NCBI GenBank assembly: GCA_964513245.1
Contig: CAZELO010000009.1
Coordinates: 15,249-79,248, forward strand
Reading direction: 5' to 3'
From: an uncultured Candidatus Bathyarchaeia archaeon
GTDB taxonomy: Archaea; Thermoproteota; Bathyarchaeia; Bathyarchaeales; DTEX01
Length of the DNA stretch: 64,000 nt
Below the pieces are notes generated by a model that saw nothing but the letters and a program-made list of their open reading frames with translations, ran no database searches and was not told the origin of the DNA. Position numbers and translations under genes: made by a program. Shown piece after piece: positions 49,666 through 60,716 of this stretch; positions within the stretch are counted from its first letter, which is position 1, and every line of letters begins with the position of its first letter.

Positions 49666-50076
49666 CTTGCATCTACCTCTAACAAGCAGACTGCCGCATT
49701 GCAGACAAATTAACCCTGCTAACACACGGAAATATGACGCCGCATTATCTGGATATGTGTTCCTTTAAATAGCACCAATTTTCCGTTGAGATTCACATGT
49801 TTGTCTCAATTTCAATAAAAGGACGCAGGAAGAATATTACGCTTTAAGATGCAATCTAGGCATCCTAGGCGATCCACTCCGTCGTCCCACCACATCTGGC
49901 GCCTAATACAAAGTCACTGAAAAACGGAAAAACGAGATCAAATATTCTCTAGGCAATGAACCTAATCGAAGAAGCCTGAACATTTGTTTCTCATAGCTGC
50001 CAATCGCGATTCTTCAGGACGACCATAATGTTTAAGTTTGTGTGAACCGCACAACAAGACTGGAGGGTGATTTGAA

Positions 50077-51564
50077 GTGGAGGCTAAGGCTAAGGAGATA
50101 GGTTACCGAAAGCAGTTGTTCGTTGATGATTATATAATTGAGGGCATGAAGGGCGTCTCGACGACGCTTAACCCTGCTAAGAAGCATCCAGCCAATCCTT
50201 TGGTGGTATCTGATCGCCCATGGGAAGGCAGCATACAGCTCTATGGAACTGTGCTCTATGACAAGACGCAGAAACTTTTCAGGATGTGGTATTATGGAGG
50301 ACCCACTGGCAGCCTCTACGCCACGTCTAAGGACGGTTTAAAATGGGAGAAACCTAACCTCGGACTGTACGAGTATGAGGGCTCCAAAGAGAACAATGCT
50401 ATTCCTGATGGCCCGTGCTTCGTGGTCTATAATCCTGAAATGTATGGATATGAATCCGACGAAAGACGTTACAAGACCTTTCACAGGGATAAAAGCGGAT
50501 GGGGCGCCATTTTCTCCAAAGACGGTTTACACTGGACTCCGCACTCTGGAAACCCGTTACTCACGGGCGTAAGCGATGAATGCCCAATCAGCGCAACATC
50601 GCACGGCGTTTTCCCAGAAAGGGTACTCTATAAGGACGCGATTCCGCCAAAGTACATAGCCTTTCCAAAGATCGGCGTTTGGGTTGGAAAGTTTCCCCGG
50701 CGGTCTGTAGCATTTTCGCACAGCAACGACTTCATCAAGTGGACAAAGCCTGTTTTAGTCTTGGCGCCAGACGAAAGAGACGACGAGATCAGTGAAACAC
50801 GGATACGAGAAGCCTTGGAAGACGGCTTAATCGACATAGACCACCCGGACGACCACCGGGCAGAATTCTATCATCTATGCGTCTTCCCATACGAAAGCTT
50901 GTACCTCGGCTTTCTAGACGTCTTCTACGCCAACGCTGAGCTGAAACGTATCGGGCAGCTCAACCAAACCGGACCGGATGAAGTGCAGCTTGTTTCAAGC
51001 CGAGATTTGATTCACTGGGAACGCGCGGGCGATCGGCAACCCATAATACCGAATGGGAAGAGAGGCGACTGGGACAGAGGCTGGAAGTCCACCGTCAACA
51101 TCCCCATTGTCGTAGGAGACGAAATATGGATATACTACTGCGGCGTGGGAGGCCACAACATCTTGGTCTGGACCGAGAAAACTGCTCCACCCCTTTATGA
51201 GGTAGCTTCATACTTGGTTCAAGGCATAGGCTTAGCCATATTGCGTTTGGACGGCTTTGTCTCCGTAGACGCGGGTCAGAACGAAGGCATCTTAACCACC
51301 AAGCCGCTTGTCTTCGAAGGAAACAAACTGGTGATAAACGCTCAAACCCAGAATGGCTCGGTGACAGTGGAGATACTTGACGAGAAAGGGAGACCGGTGA
51401 AAGGTTTTAGGAGAGACGACTGCGACGCCTTCACAGGCGACAGCGTACGCCACACGGTCACTTGGAAGGGCAGCCCAGACGTCGCTTCCCTGCAAGGAAA
51501 AACTGTGAAGCTACGGTTCCGCATGAAGAATGCGAAGCTGTACTCTTTCGTCTTTGCCAACTAG
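50077..51564 (+). CDS. putative glycoside hydrolase, five-bladed beta-propeller type (GH43/GH32/GH130-like)
   Basis: Repeated W/G/D-rich blade pattern; family not resolved. Confidence 0.35.
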   Translation: MEAKAKEIGYRKQLFVDDYIIEGMKGVSTTLNPAKKHPANPLVVSDRPWEGSIQLYGTVLYDKTQKLFRMWYYGGPTGSLYATSKDGLKWEKPNLGLYEYEGSKENNAIPDGPCFVVYNPEMYGYESDERRYKTFHRDKSGWGAIFSKDGLHWTPHSGNPLLTGVSDECPISATSHGVFPERVLYKDAIPPKYIAFPKIGVWVGKFPRRSVAFSHSNDFIKWTKPVLVLAPDERDDEISETRIREALEDGLIDIDHPDDHRAEFYHLCVFPYESLYLGFLDVFYANAELKRIGQLNQTGPDEVQLVSSRDLIHWERAGDRQPIIPNGKRGDWDRGWKSTVNIPIVVGDEIWIYYCGVGGHNILVWTEKTAPPLYEVASYLVQGIGLAILRLDGFVSVDAGQNEGILTTKPLVFEGNKLVINAQTQNGSVTVEILDEKGRPVKGFRRDDCDAFTGDSVRHTVTWKGSPDVASLQGKTVKLRFRMKNAKLYSFVFAN

Positions 51565-51674
51565 GCAGACATGCCGCTGCAAAGCGGACGGAAAAAAGAG
51601 AAGGAAATATTAGTCCAAACGAAGACTAGGTAACGCAAGGTCTAAGAGTTCATTGACATTCTGGGGAAGATAGT

Positions 51675-54173
51675 ATGACTGAACTTTTGAAGAATTTCTC
51701 AGTCACGCATGGTGGCTTAAAACCAGTTTTGCATCCGGAGCTGGGCGTCTCGATAGTGGGGCAAACCGCGGTACGTTATCTTCGTTTCATGCGGCATGTT
51801 CGCCTGGACCGCCTTGAGCTGAGCCATTCGGTCTATGGACGCATAGTTCCAGACGTGCCCACGCATCCTGCGCATTTGACGATAAGCGTGCTTGAACCTC
51901 AGACGCATCAATGGAGAAAGGTCAAAGAGGTCGAGTTCCCACCTGACCCCCGCATAATCGGAGAAGGGTTATCCCAGAAAATGACCATCGACGAGATGAG
52001 TGCCCATTTTGAGCGGGTTCTCAAAGATCCGCCTTATGTCATAGACATGGACGGCTTAAGGACAGATCATCTCCGCGTTGAATGCGACCGGGAACATCCT
52101 GTCTGGCCGAACCACGGCGAGATGAATGGAAACCGCTTCAGCGTACCCTTTGGAATCTTGGAGCCGTTGCGGGCTTACGGCGAAGCAGAAAGCGAGAATA
52201 TAGCTCAGGCTCCTTACAACCCGATCCTTGAAACGGGAAGGATCGAGCCGGAAGCGCCGAGGGGCATGTGTGTCCGCGACTTGCCGCAGATGATCCTGTT
52301 TGAGGGCAAGTATCTGTCAATCGGCTTCTCGCTTCGTCGCCCGTTGCTTATGCATTTGGGATGGGACGCAAACGGCTGGGGCCAAGCAGGATGCAACCGG
52401 CTTCTCGCATCGAGAAGACATAAGGAAGGTCCGAAAATTATCGATTTCCTAGGTGGCTTAAGCGGACCTCTGGCGCGTACGCTGACTATGGACAGCGCCG
52501 CACAGATATGGACTGGCAAAGTCTCCATCGTGGGAAACAAAGTTTCTTACAGGAACTTGAGAGGCTTTGACGGCTTGACTATTGACGCCGTGTTCACTGT
52601 TGAGCCGAAACGCATAATGATCGAGCTGACCCAAAAATGCGAGAAAGATATGCCCGTACTTGAGGCAGAAGCATGGCGCCTCGCCTTCGACCTAACCGCA
52701 GGAATCACCGGCGTAGCTGGAATGCCTATTCTCAGATCAGGAAGAAACGGCGACGTGAAGCTGCCTGCTCTCTTAGCCAGCGACGGAGTAGGCTGCCTCT
52801 CTTGCCAAAAGATCGAAGGCGACCGGACTCAGTCCTATTTTCAAGTGGAGAGCTTCAGAACTCTGAGTGCGGTGACGTGTGGTTTTGTATTGGCCCGAAA
52901 ACCTGAAGCGGACAGATGCTTGGTTCTGCCATCAGGAACGCGCCGCGCGAGATTCCAGCTTACCATTACAGCCTTCGAGCCTAAACGGTTCAAAGGGTCG
53001 CTGAAAACTGGAAAAGGGGTTCGGAAGCATTGGGGCACTATCTTTTCTTGTTTTCGGCCGGAGTACGGTGGTTTCTCCAACCATTCGGCTTCAGTAAATT
53101 GTCACAATACGCAGGCTTGCGCGACCGAGATCGCTGTTTCCACTAAACGCCCGAAGGCAGGACCCAACCCGGTTGACCTTGCTCGTTATACTGTGGGTCG
53201 CGCGCTTATGGATGGCGGCGGATATGGATACTTCCGGAATCTTTTTCACGACAGTGATCCCTCTCTCGTCTCAGCAGCTGGAAAGATACACCAAGTCGAC
53301 CCGGATAGAAATTGGTTGAAATCGGTCGAACCCGGACTTATTCAAGCGGTAAACCGCATGTCACGCGATATTGGAGAAGAAGGCTTAGTTGTTTGCAGGG
53401 ATCTTTCGGGTAACTCGGGTTCATACCGTTGGAGTTCAAACCTAATGGATGTCATAGGATTTGGACACATTGATGCGTACGTCAACGCTTGGACATACCG
53501 CGCGCTTCGGAACGCTACGGTGTTGATGGCTGAACTGGGACATGACGACTTGGCTGAACAGTGCCGCGAACTAGCAAAAGGCGTCCGTGCGTCGTATGCT
53601 GATTATCTTTTGAACACGGAAACTAGATGGGTGGCTGGCTGGCGAAGCCGGGATGGAAAGCTTCACGACTATGCATTCACTTTGGTTAACGGGGTTGCCG
53701 TCTCTTTTGGTCTCCTTGGCGCCGAAGAATCGCGAACTGCGATGACAGGGCTTGAAGAACTGCGTGATAAGGTTTATCCGGTGTCGGCGCGGCTGGGTAT
53801 TCCAAGTAATTTGCTGCCAATACGGCCAGAGGACCATCTGCTCTTGAAGATCTTTGGTGAGACGCAACCGTCTTTTGAGGTATACATTGATGGCAGTTTG
53901 AACAGTTTTGTGGCAACCTACTATCTTCGAGCGCTTTCTATTTGTGGTCTGAAAGATCGAGCCAGAAAGCTGGCGCAAGAGTTGGATGAAGGCTATGCTG
54001 CCGATGTGTTCAACGGTGGCGACGGCACTGGTCATGGACTTTGTTCTTGGGAGGGTCTGCCCACTGGCTATGAAGGGACTCTTGGACTTAGTTTTGGATC
54101 ACTTTACGCGATAGCCATTGAACAGGGAGTCATAAAACCAACTGAACCTGAATGGTGGCTAAAGGGCGGATAA
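51675..54173 (+). CDS. large protein with C-terminal six-hairpin (alpha/alpha)6 glycoside-hydrolase-like region
   Basis: 832 aa; C-terminal half has W/Y/G-rich pattern of (alpha/alpha)6 glycosidases. Confidence 0.3.
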   Translation: MTELLKNFSVTHGGLKPVLHPELGVSIVGQTAVRYLRFMRHVRLDRLELSHSVYGRIVPDVPTHPAHLTISVLEPQTHQWRKVKEVEFPPDPRIIGEGLSQKMTIDEMSAHFERVLKDPPYVIDMDGLRTDHLRVECDREHPVWPNHGEMNGNRFSVPFGILEPLRAYGEAESENIAQAPYNPILETGRIEPEAPRGMCVRDLPQMILFEGKYLSIGFSLRRPLLMHLGWDANGWGQAGCNRLLASRRHKEGPKIIDFLGGLSGPLARTLTMDSAAQIWTGKVSIVGNKVSYRNLRGFDGLTIDAVFTVEPKRIMIELTQKCEKDMPVLEAEAWRLAFDLTAGITGVAGMPILRSGRNGDVKLPALLASDGVGCLSCQKIEGDRTQSYFQVESFRTLSAVTCGFVLARKPEADRCLVLPSGTRRARFQLTITAFEPKRFKGSLKTGKGVRKHWGTIFSCFRPEYGGFSNHSASVNCHNTQACATEIAVSTKRPKAGPNPVDLARYTVGRALMDGGGYGYFRNLFHDSDPSLVSAAGKIHQVDPDRNWLKSVEPGLIQAVNRMSRDIGEEGLVVCRDLSGNSGSYRWSSNLMDVIGFGHIDAYVNAWTYRALRNATVLMAELGHDDLAEQCRELAKGVRASYADYLLNTETRWVAGWRSRDGKLHDYAFTLVNGVAVSFGLLGAEESRTAMTGLEELRDKVYPVSARLGIPSNLLPIRPEDHLLLKIFGETQPSFEVYIDGSLNSFVATYYLRALSICGLKDRARKLAQELDEGYAADVFNGGDGTGHGLCSWEGLPTGYEGTLGLSFGSLYAIAIEQGVIKPTEPEWWLKGG

Positions 54174-54394
54174 ACTAACGCCTCTATCTTTCTCGCCGAG
54201 TTTACAGATGCTTTGAATTCTTTATGCTAGTTGTAGCAGAGTTTTGTCTGCATCTCTACCGCGTTTAGTGATATTCCGTGCGCCTTCGCTTTCTTTTTGG
54301 TAAATCGAGTTTCCAGAATAGACTTCCCATTTATGGTATCATAACCGGATGGTCCGCCCGAGATCTGCGAGGATGCTGAATTGACCTAGGGCCG

Positions 54395-55537
54395 GTGGTT
54401 CACGAGGATTTTGGGGGATTCGAAATGGTGGAACCAAAAACTTTAAGGCGTATGTTTCTTCATGATAGAATCATGAATTCGCGTGAAAGAATGGCTAGAG
54501 CGATCCGTTTTCAACAGCCAGATCGAATCCCGATAATGCACTCTTATTCGAAGGCTGGTTACGCCGAGCATGGAGAGAAGCTACGTGAACTCTGGAAAAA
54601 ATATCCAGGGGATTCCCGTGATCCCACAAGCGACCCCGTTCCCTACCCGGACCCAGCATTCATCGACAAAGACGGTAAATACTCCCACATCTGGACCGAC
54701 AGCTGGGGAGTAACGTGGGAGGAACGGCTGTGGGGCATCTGGCCCATGCGTATCTATCATCCGCTGGATGATCTCACTAATCTTAAGAATTATGAAGCCC
54801 CGCCGCTTCCTAGCGATAGCGGAGAGGAATTCGAGAAAGGGCTCAGGGCGGCTCGCCTGCACAAAGAGCGTTATTACCTTCAGATGGGCACGATAAGCAT
54901 CTGGGATGGAGGGGTTGATCGGGGAGGGCTGCAGAGTCTCCGCCGATTGGAGCGTGTCCTCATAGATATCGAGCGTGACACTGCCGAGATCAACTATATA
55001 GCGGACATGCTTACTGACTATCAGCTGGGCATAGTGAAGCATCTTCTCAAGTTTGATCCTGACGGAATCTCGTTTGCCGATGATTATGGCACCCAGCATA
55101 ATCTCATGTTGAGCCTTAAGACGTGGCGGCGCTTCTTCAAGCCACGTTACGAACGCCTCATGGAGCCCATAAAGAAGGCGGGCAAGGACATCATATTCCA
55201 TTCCTGCGGTCACATTCTGCCCCTGATCGACGATTTTGGAGAACTCGGCATCAATGCCATCTGGCCGCAGTTGGGGGTGAACGATAACGAAAAACTTGCT
55301 GAGAAACTCTTGCAACACCATATCTGTCTCTACGGTCATCTGGACAGGCAGCGATTGATGGCTCATCAGCCTCCGCCTTCGCCTCAAGAGGTAGACGCGG
55401 CTGTTAAAAGAATGGCGCAGCTGTTCGGTCACCGCGAAGGAGGGCTCATCTTCTTCGCAGAGATTGACATAGGCTTCACTTTCGAGAACATCAAGGCTGC
55501 TTTAGACGCCTTCTGGAAATACGGCAAAATGAAATGA
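54395..55537 (+). CDS. URO-D family protein, paralog 2
   Basis: Similar to 35638..36720 and 58162..59172. Confidence 0.55.
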   Translation: MVHEDFGGFEMVEPKTLRRMFLHDRIMNSRERMARAIRFQQPDRIPIMHSYSKAGYAEHGEKLRELWKKYPGDSRDPTSDPVPYPDPAFIDKDGKYSHIWTDSWGVTWEERLWGIWPMRIYHPLDDLTNLKNYEAPPLPSDSGEEFEKGLRAARLHKERYYLQMGTISIWDGGVDRGGLQSLRRLERVLIDIERDTAEINYIADMLTDYQLGIVKHLLKFDPDGISFADDYGTQHNLMLSLKTWRRFFKPRYERLMEPIKKAGKDIIFHSCGHILPLIDDFGELGINAIWPQLGVNDNEKLAEKLLQHHICLYGHLDRQRLMAHQPPPSPQEVDAAVKRMAQLFGHREGGLIFFAEIDIGFTFENIKAALDAFWKYGKMK

Positions 55538-55558
55538 CGCGTGGAAATATGGGTTCTC

Positions 55559-56380
55559 TTACAGGTGCATCCTGAACCACGCGAGTATCAGGGGTCCCAT
55601 GAACTCGTCCTCGTAGGTGTGGGGGTTGTCCTTGAATATTATCATCTTCTTCGCGCCTTGAAGAGAGTTGTAGAATTTGGTTAGGGTTTCAAGAGGCGGC
55701 CACTCGTCCTTCTCGTTGGCTAAGATCAACGTGGGCTGCGTAAGTTCTTCTGGATGATTGAAAGGGTCTACGTCGTCGAAGTATGCCAGCGCTTCATCGA
55801 GGGTTAACTTACCTTGGACCGCAAGTTCATTGAAGCGTTCAGGAACGATTCGTTCGATTATCTCTCTCTTCGTGAGAAACGCGTCGTGCCAATCGTCCTG
55901 CAACGTGTCCGGCTCGCCTCTCATCACTTTTGCGTATCTCTCGAAGAGACCTCGAATGAAGGGCTGCTGAGCCAGAGTCCTCACGCCGATGTCGGGACAG
56001 ACGACGGCTACCGCCCCAATCTTCTTGAACTTGCAGGCGGTTTCCAGAGAAGTGATTCCGCCCATTGACACGCCGGCTATTCCCAATCTTTCGGGATCGA
56101 TCTTCCCGCTGTTCAGCAGCCACTCCGCTGCCGCGATTGCATCCTTGTAAGCATCTTTGCCGATGACTCCGCCGGTCTCTCCGTGCCCCCGCATCTCAGG
56201 CATGATGCACGTGAAACCAGCCAACGCCAGTCTAGCCGCCAAGCGTCTACAGTAGTTCTTTGGCGCTGTCCAGCCGTGGATCAAAACGGCGCCGGGCGGC
56301 TGTTTCGCTTCAGCCTCGCACAGTTCAGCCTTGATCACATGGTCTTTGAACTTGATGTCCACACACGTGAAATCTATCAC
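55559..56380 (-). CDS. alpha/beta hydrolase (dienelactone hydrolase/esterase-like)
   Basis: GxSxG nucleophile elbow IAGVSMGG, HGW oxyanion region. Confidence 0.6.
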   Translation of the reverse strand: MIDFTCVDIKFKDHVIKAELCEAEAKQPPGAVLIHGWTAPKNYCRRLAARLALAGFTCIMPEMRGHGETGGVIGKDAYKDAIAAAEWLLNSGKIDPERLGIAGVSMGGITSLETACKFKKIGAVAVVCPDIGVRTLAQQPFIRGLFERYAKVMRGEPDTLQDDWHDAFLTKREIIERIVPERFNELAVQGKLTLDEALAYFDDVDPFNHPEELTQPTLILANEKDEWPPLETLTKFYNSLQGAKKMIIFKDNPHTYEDEFMGPLILAWFRMHL

Positions 56381-56709
56381 GGTTCCTCCTCCGCCTTCGA
56401 AATAGTTTCCTGTTTCTGATTTCTGCCCTCTCGCGTATATAGGCTTTTGTTCGTATCCGGCTTTTTCCCAGCGTAGTTTCCGCTGTCTAATTCAAATCTA
56501 TTTCGGCTCATTGGGTTGTTTGTTGTTGTGTCTTGCGTGTGTAATAGATTTTGATAGCCCAGATCTCAGCTGCTCATGTTTCTGGCATTTTTTACACATT
56601 TGCCATAGGTTCTTGTTAGAACAAATCCCTCTATTGCGAAATTCGTATATTGATAACGAAAAACATAAATACCTATCTCTCAGCAATAAACAAAAAGCGT
56701 GATCAGCCA

Positions 56710-57863
56710 ATGAAAAAGATACGAATCGGAATCTTCGGTGCCACAGGCAATGTTGGACGGGAGGCATTGGAGGCATTAGTCAGTCATCCCTTCCTAGAAA
56801 TCTCTCGTCTTTATGCCTCTGAAAGAAGCGCTGGTAAAAAGTATAGAGATGCTTGTTCCTTAGACATCCATTTTCTTCCTGAAGACATTTGTGAAATGAT
56901 CGTAGAACCCACAGACATGAATAAGGTTCCTCAAGACATAGATGTCGCGTTTCTAGCAGTACCTGAAAATGTGGCAAAAGAATATGAACTGATGCATGCG
57001 CTGGAATTCGCGAAGCATCTAACAGTCATCACAACCTCTTCCGCGTTAAGAATGCATGAAAGAATTCCTTTAGTGATAACCGAGATCAATTCAGAACACA
57101 TAAAGTTGGCAGAAGACTACAGAAGAGAATTTCACTCAAAGGGATGCCCATTCCCACAATGCAACTGCACTGCAGTTCCAATTTCTTTTGCCTTGAAGCC
57201 TTTATTAGAAGATGAAAGAGTGGGCTTAGAAGAAGTTCATGTGGATTCCTATCAATCCGTTTCTGGTTCTGGAGCAAGAGCCATAGGTATATGGGAGAAG
57301 CAGAGATCAGCTGAAAAGGGACTACCAAAGCCGTTCCTGTCTGAGGTCCCTCTTGACAATCCTGAAGTGACTTACGAAGGCAATGTTCGGCCTATAGGTG
57401 AAATAGACTCGGTGGAGGAAGAGACTAAGGTTAAACAAGAAATGTTGAGGATGCTAGGAAACTATGATGACGGAAGAATCGTACCTGCGGACTTTAAACT
57501 GGATTGTATGCGCAACCGAGTGCCCGCCTTGAGGGGGTCATCTTGTGCATATTCGGATCAAACCAAGCAAAACATGCACAAAGGACGAGATCGTATCAAT
57601 CTACAAGGAGTTCAGTGAGAGATGCAGAAGACTTTACGGTGACCTTCCGTCAAGTCCTGAAAAGACCATTTGTTCTTTTGGACAGGCAACCTCAAACAAG
57701 ATTCGATGTTGGTCTTGGTGGAGGTATGTCGATAGTCATAGGACCCGTTGAGGTGGAGGACGGGTGGATAAGACTCCGAGCTCTCTCCGACAATCTGAGA
57801 AAGGGGGCAGCTAAAGGTTCTATTCAGCTTTTGGAGTACCTTTACAAGACCGGATTTCTTTGA
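56710..57863 (+). pseudogene. asd: aspartate-semialdehyde dehydrogenase family gene disrupted by two frameshifts
   Basis: Frame 1 GIFGATGNVGRE...QCNCTAV ends 57618; frame 3 HIRIKPSKTCTKDEIVSIYKEF; frame 2 LDRQPQTRFDVGLGGGMSIVIG...DNLRKGAAKGSIQLLEYL; shifts at GGGGG 57533-57537 and AAAA 57660-57663. Confidence 0.6.
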
Positions 57864-58161
57864 TGCACTGTAGATACCATGAATCAATTTGAGTTACGTG
57901 AACGAGCACATTATATCAATCATCGAACCTCTGAAGTACCGTTCATGACGAAACATGGATCAACCAGTGCATGAAGGCAACAGAAAACAAAAATAGAGGA
58001 GTTACAGAGGATGTCTCCAGCAGTGGGAGTTCAAATCTATCTCTTCAACGGATATTGAATCGGCAAAAAAGGTTGTCACGTTTAGAGGTGTCTGGTGCTG
58101 AGAATGCTTCTGGTTTTTTCGGGTGATAATTTTTATAAACGGTTCTCTTGATAGTTGAGGG

Positions 58162-59172
58162 TTGATGATAAACAAGAAAGAGGCTGTCAAAGAGGCTATA
58201 GCCCACCGCGATGTGTTTCCAGTTCCATATTTCTTGACTTTTGACGCCTATCTAGAGGATAAACTGAGGAAACACTTTCACACGGATGACCTTCGAAGGA
58301 CTCTCGGCGACTACATATTCTACACACCGGTTGTTCCCATAATCCCCGAAGGCTTGGTTGACGGCTCCTACACGGACATCTTCGGCGTACGATGGGTCGG
58401 AGTCGGGAATACCAGGGGGCAGGCAAAAGACCACCCGCTGAAGAAGCCAAGCATGAGGGGGTACAGGTTCCCCGAGCCCTGTCCTCCCAAAACCGTGAAA
58501 AGGATAGAGAGGCAGATTGAACTCCACAAAGATGTGTACATCCTCGTGAAGTTGGGGGACCTGTTTGAGCGAGCCCACTTCATGCGAGGGATGCCTCAGC
58601 TCCTCGTGGACTTCTACCGGAACCCCAACTTCGTAGATGAACTCTTTCGCGGGATTACGGAGTATAATCTGGGCGTCATTGAGAGGCTTTCCAGCCTCAA
58701 GATCGATGGGCTTTGGCTGAGCGATGACTACGGCGCCCAAAATGGTCTGCTGATGTCTCCCCGGCATTGGCGGAGGTTCATAAAGCCTCATCTCCGAGCC
58801 ATCATCCAAAAAGTCCACGAAGTAGGCTTCGATTTCTTTCTCCATTCCGACGGCGACATAACAGACCTGATCCCTGAGATAGTTGAGCTCGGCGTTGATG
58901 TGATTCAGCCCCTTCAATCCGAATGCATAGACATCATGGAAATAAAGAAGAGATACGGCGACGCGATCACAATCTTCAGCGGAACAGGAGCCCAAGGCGC
59001 CCTCCTCACAAAAACCCCGGAGGAGATAGGACGAAACGTCAGAAGCCTCTGCAGAAGCCTAGGAAAAGGAGGAGGCTTCATACTCTGCCCAGGCATCCAA
59101 ATCATGCATAACACACCCTTCGAAAATGTCCTAGCGTTCATAGATGTTGCCATGCACCAAGAAGACGAATAA
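58162..59172 (+). CDS. URO-D family protein, paralog 3
   Basis: URO-D-like; paralogous to 35638 and 54395. Confidence 0.55.
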   Translation: MMINKKEAVKEAIAHRDVFPVPYFLTFDAYLEDKLRKHFHTDDLRRTLGDYIFYTPVVPIIPEGLVDGSYTDIFGVRWVGVGNTRGQAKDHPLKKPSMRGYRFPEPCPPKTVKRIERQIELHKDVYILVKLGDLFERAHFMRGMPQLLVDFYRNPNFVDELFRGITEYNLGVIERLSSLKIDGLWLSDDYGAQNGLLMSPRHWRRFIKPHLRAIIQKVHEVGFDFFLHSDGDITDLIPEIVELGVDVIQPLQSECIDIMEIKKRYGDAITIFSGTGAQGALLTKTPEEIGRNVRSLCRSLGKGGGFILCPGIQIMHNTPFENVLAFIDVAMHQEDE

Positions 59173-59347
59173 TCTCGGAGAAGGCAAAAAAAGGATTGTC
59201 TCCGTCAAAAAACGTGGAATCTAGAACATATACAGCCATCTCTCATTGCTTACTGCTCGGCAACTTGTTGTTTGTGTTTTCGGAGATCCTTGAACCAGCT
59301 TATCTTAAGGAAAATGTCGTATTCTACGGCTCAAAATAAGAGAGGGC

Positions 59348-59692
59348 ATGGATCTAGAGTTCTCAAGATTTTTAAAGAATTCTCTGCTATGTGTACTGGA
59401 GAGAGAGGAAATGCCGTTCTTTGAAAGTGGAACTCACACTATTGAGGTTAAACTTGGCTCCGACGGAGAAGTAACTGTTCTATATGATGGTTTAATGATC
59501 TCCCATAAGGAACCGTACACGTTCAGCGGCCCTCATAGATTCTCGATCAAAGAAGGTGACGCAGAAATCATTTACGAGGTAAAGGTTAAGCCAAAAGGAG
59601 GACGACTTGGGGCTGTTACCGGAATCGGGAAGGCTCTAGCACCAGTCGTCGAAGTGTTCAGAAACGGCGAGAAGCTCAAACAAAAAACCTAG
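59348..59692 (+). CDS. hypothetical protein
   Basis: ORF only; AT-rich. Confidence 0.25.
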   Translation: MDLEFSRFLKNSLLCVLEREEMPFFESGTHTIEVKLGSDGEVTVLYDGLMISHKEPYTFSGPHRFSIKEGDAEIIYEVKVKPKGGRLGAVTGIGKALAPVVEVFRNGEKLKQKT

Positions 59693-60182
59693 GTACTTGT
59701 CCGAAAAAGGGTGATGTATGACCTAGGCCTGTCAGAACTGAAACGATTCATAGACAAGTACTAGATAGAGAAAGTCTGATAGAGTTCGGCTAAACTTCAA
59801 AATGTGTGTAAGTATTTTTTTCTTTGAATGTATTCGTTTGTTTTTGTGGCTATCTCCTTCGCTATCGTTTCAACCCATTCTTCCTTTTGGGCTTCACTCA
59901 ATTTCTTATCATTCATAATCTCCGTTATTTGGTTCAACTTTGTTTCTAAATAGTTTTTAAGTTCAGAAACTTTCACTTTCCTTTTCACCTCCCTTATCGT
60001 TATCCTTAATTTCTAATAATGACCTTTATGGCTTATATAATAAGTTCCGAAACAATAACTGACTAAGGGATAAAGAGTGCTTGATAAACTTCGGCTAATA
60101 TTGTATGAAAAAGCAGGGCTCTATCTATATCTGAAGAACTAATCAGCGTGAGGACTCGCGGTTCAGCTCCAACTGAAAGGTT

Positions 60183-60512
60183 TCAGCCTCTTTTCTTCCT
60201 ATGGAATGGACGGTTTCTAATATCCTCTTTCTCGTTTTCTCGGGTTCTTTTGGAAACGAAAAACCTTGGGTCTTCAAGATTGATGTTCATACTTGGTCTT
60301 CTTTTTTGACCTATTGTCTCTGAAAAGACGTGAGAATAACTGGTTGACGGCTCAAATTTCTCTGTTTCCTCGGCAGGTGCTTGCGGTTGTGTTACAGCGG
60401 CTTTTTCCCGTTTTTCTTTATAGTAGGCAAGAGCTTGATCCACTATACTCGACACGGTCAATCCCCAGACTTCTTTATTCCTCTTGAGACTAAATCTCTT
60501 ATGAATCTGCAA
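60183..60512 (-). CDS. hypothetical protein
   Basis: ORF only. Confidence 0.25.
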   Translation of the reverse strand: MQIHKRFSLKRNKEVWGLTVSSIVDQALAYYKEKREKAAVTQPQAPAEETEKFEPSTSYSHVFSETIGQKRRPSMNINLEDPRFFVSKRTRENEKEDIRNRPFHRKKRG

Positions 60513-60716
60513 TAAAGGACCAAAGCATAGGTCTAAAAAGAATTCTTTCTAGCGTAAAGAAAATGAGGGCTTACCAAATAGAACCTTGCTGCGCCTGACG
60601 GCTCTAATCCAAAAATTTTATCCTATAACGTAGCCCATGACCAAATACTAGGAGAGGAACGTGGGACCCAACGCTCGTAAAAAACGCACAGTAATACTGT
60701 AAGCCTAACAATGACA

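Noticed and set aside
58002-58040. GGGAGTTCAAATC, resembling a tRNA T-arm
   Set aside because: Flanking sequence cannot form a T stem (GGGAG versus CTATC), and no acceptor or D arms are present.
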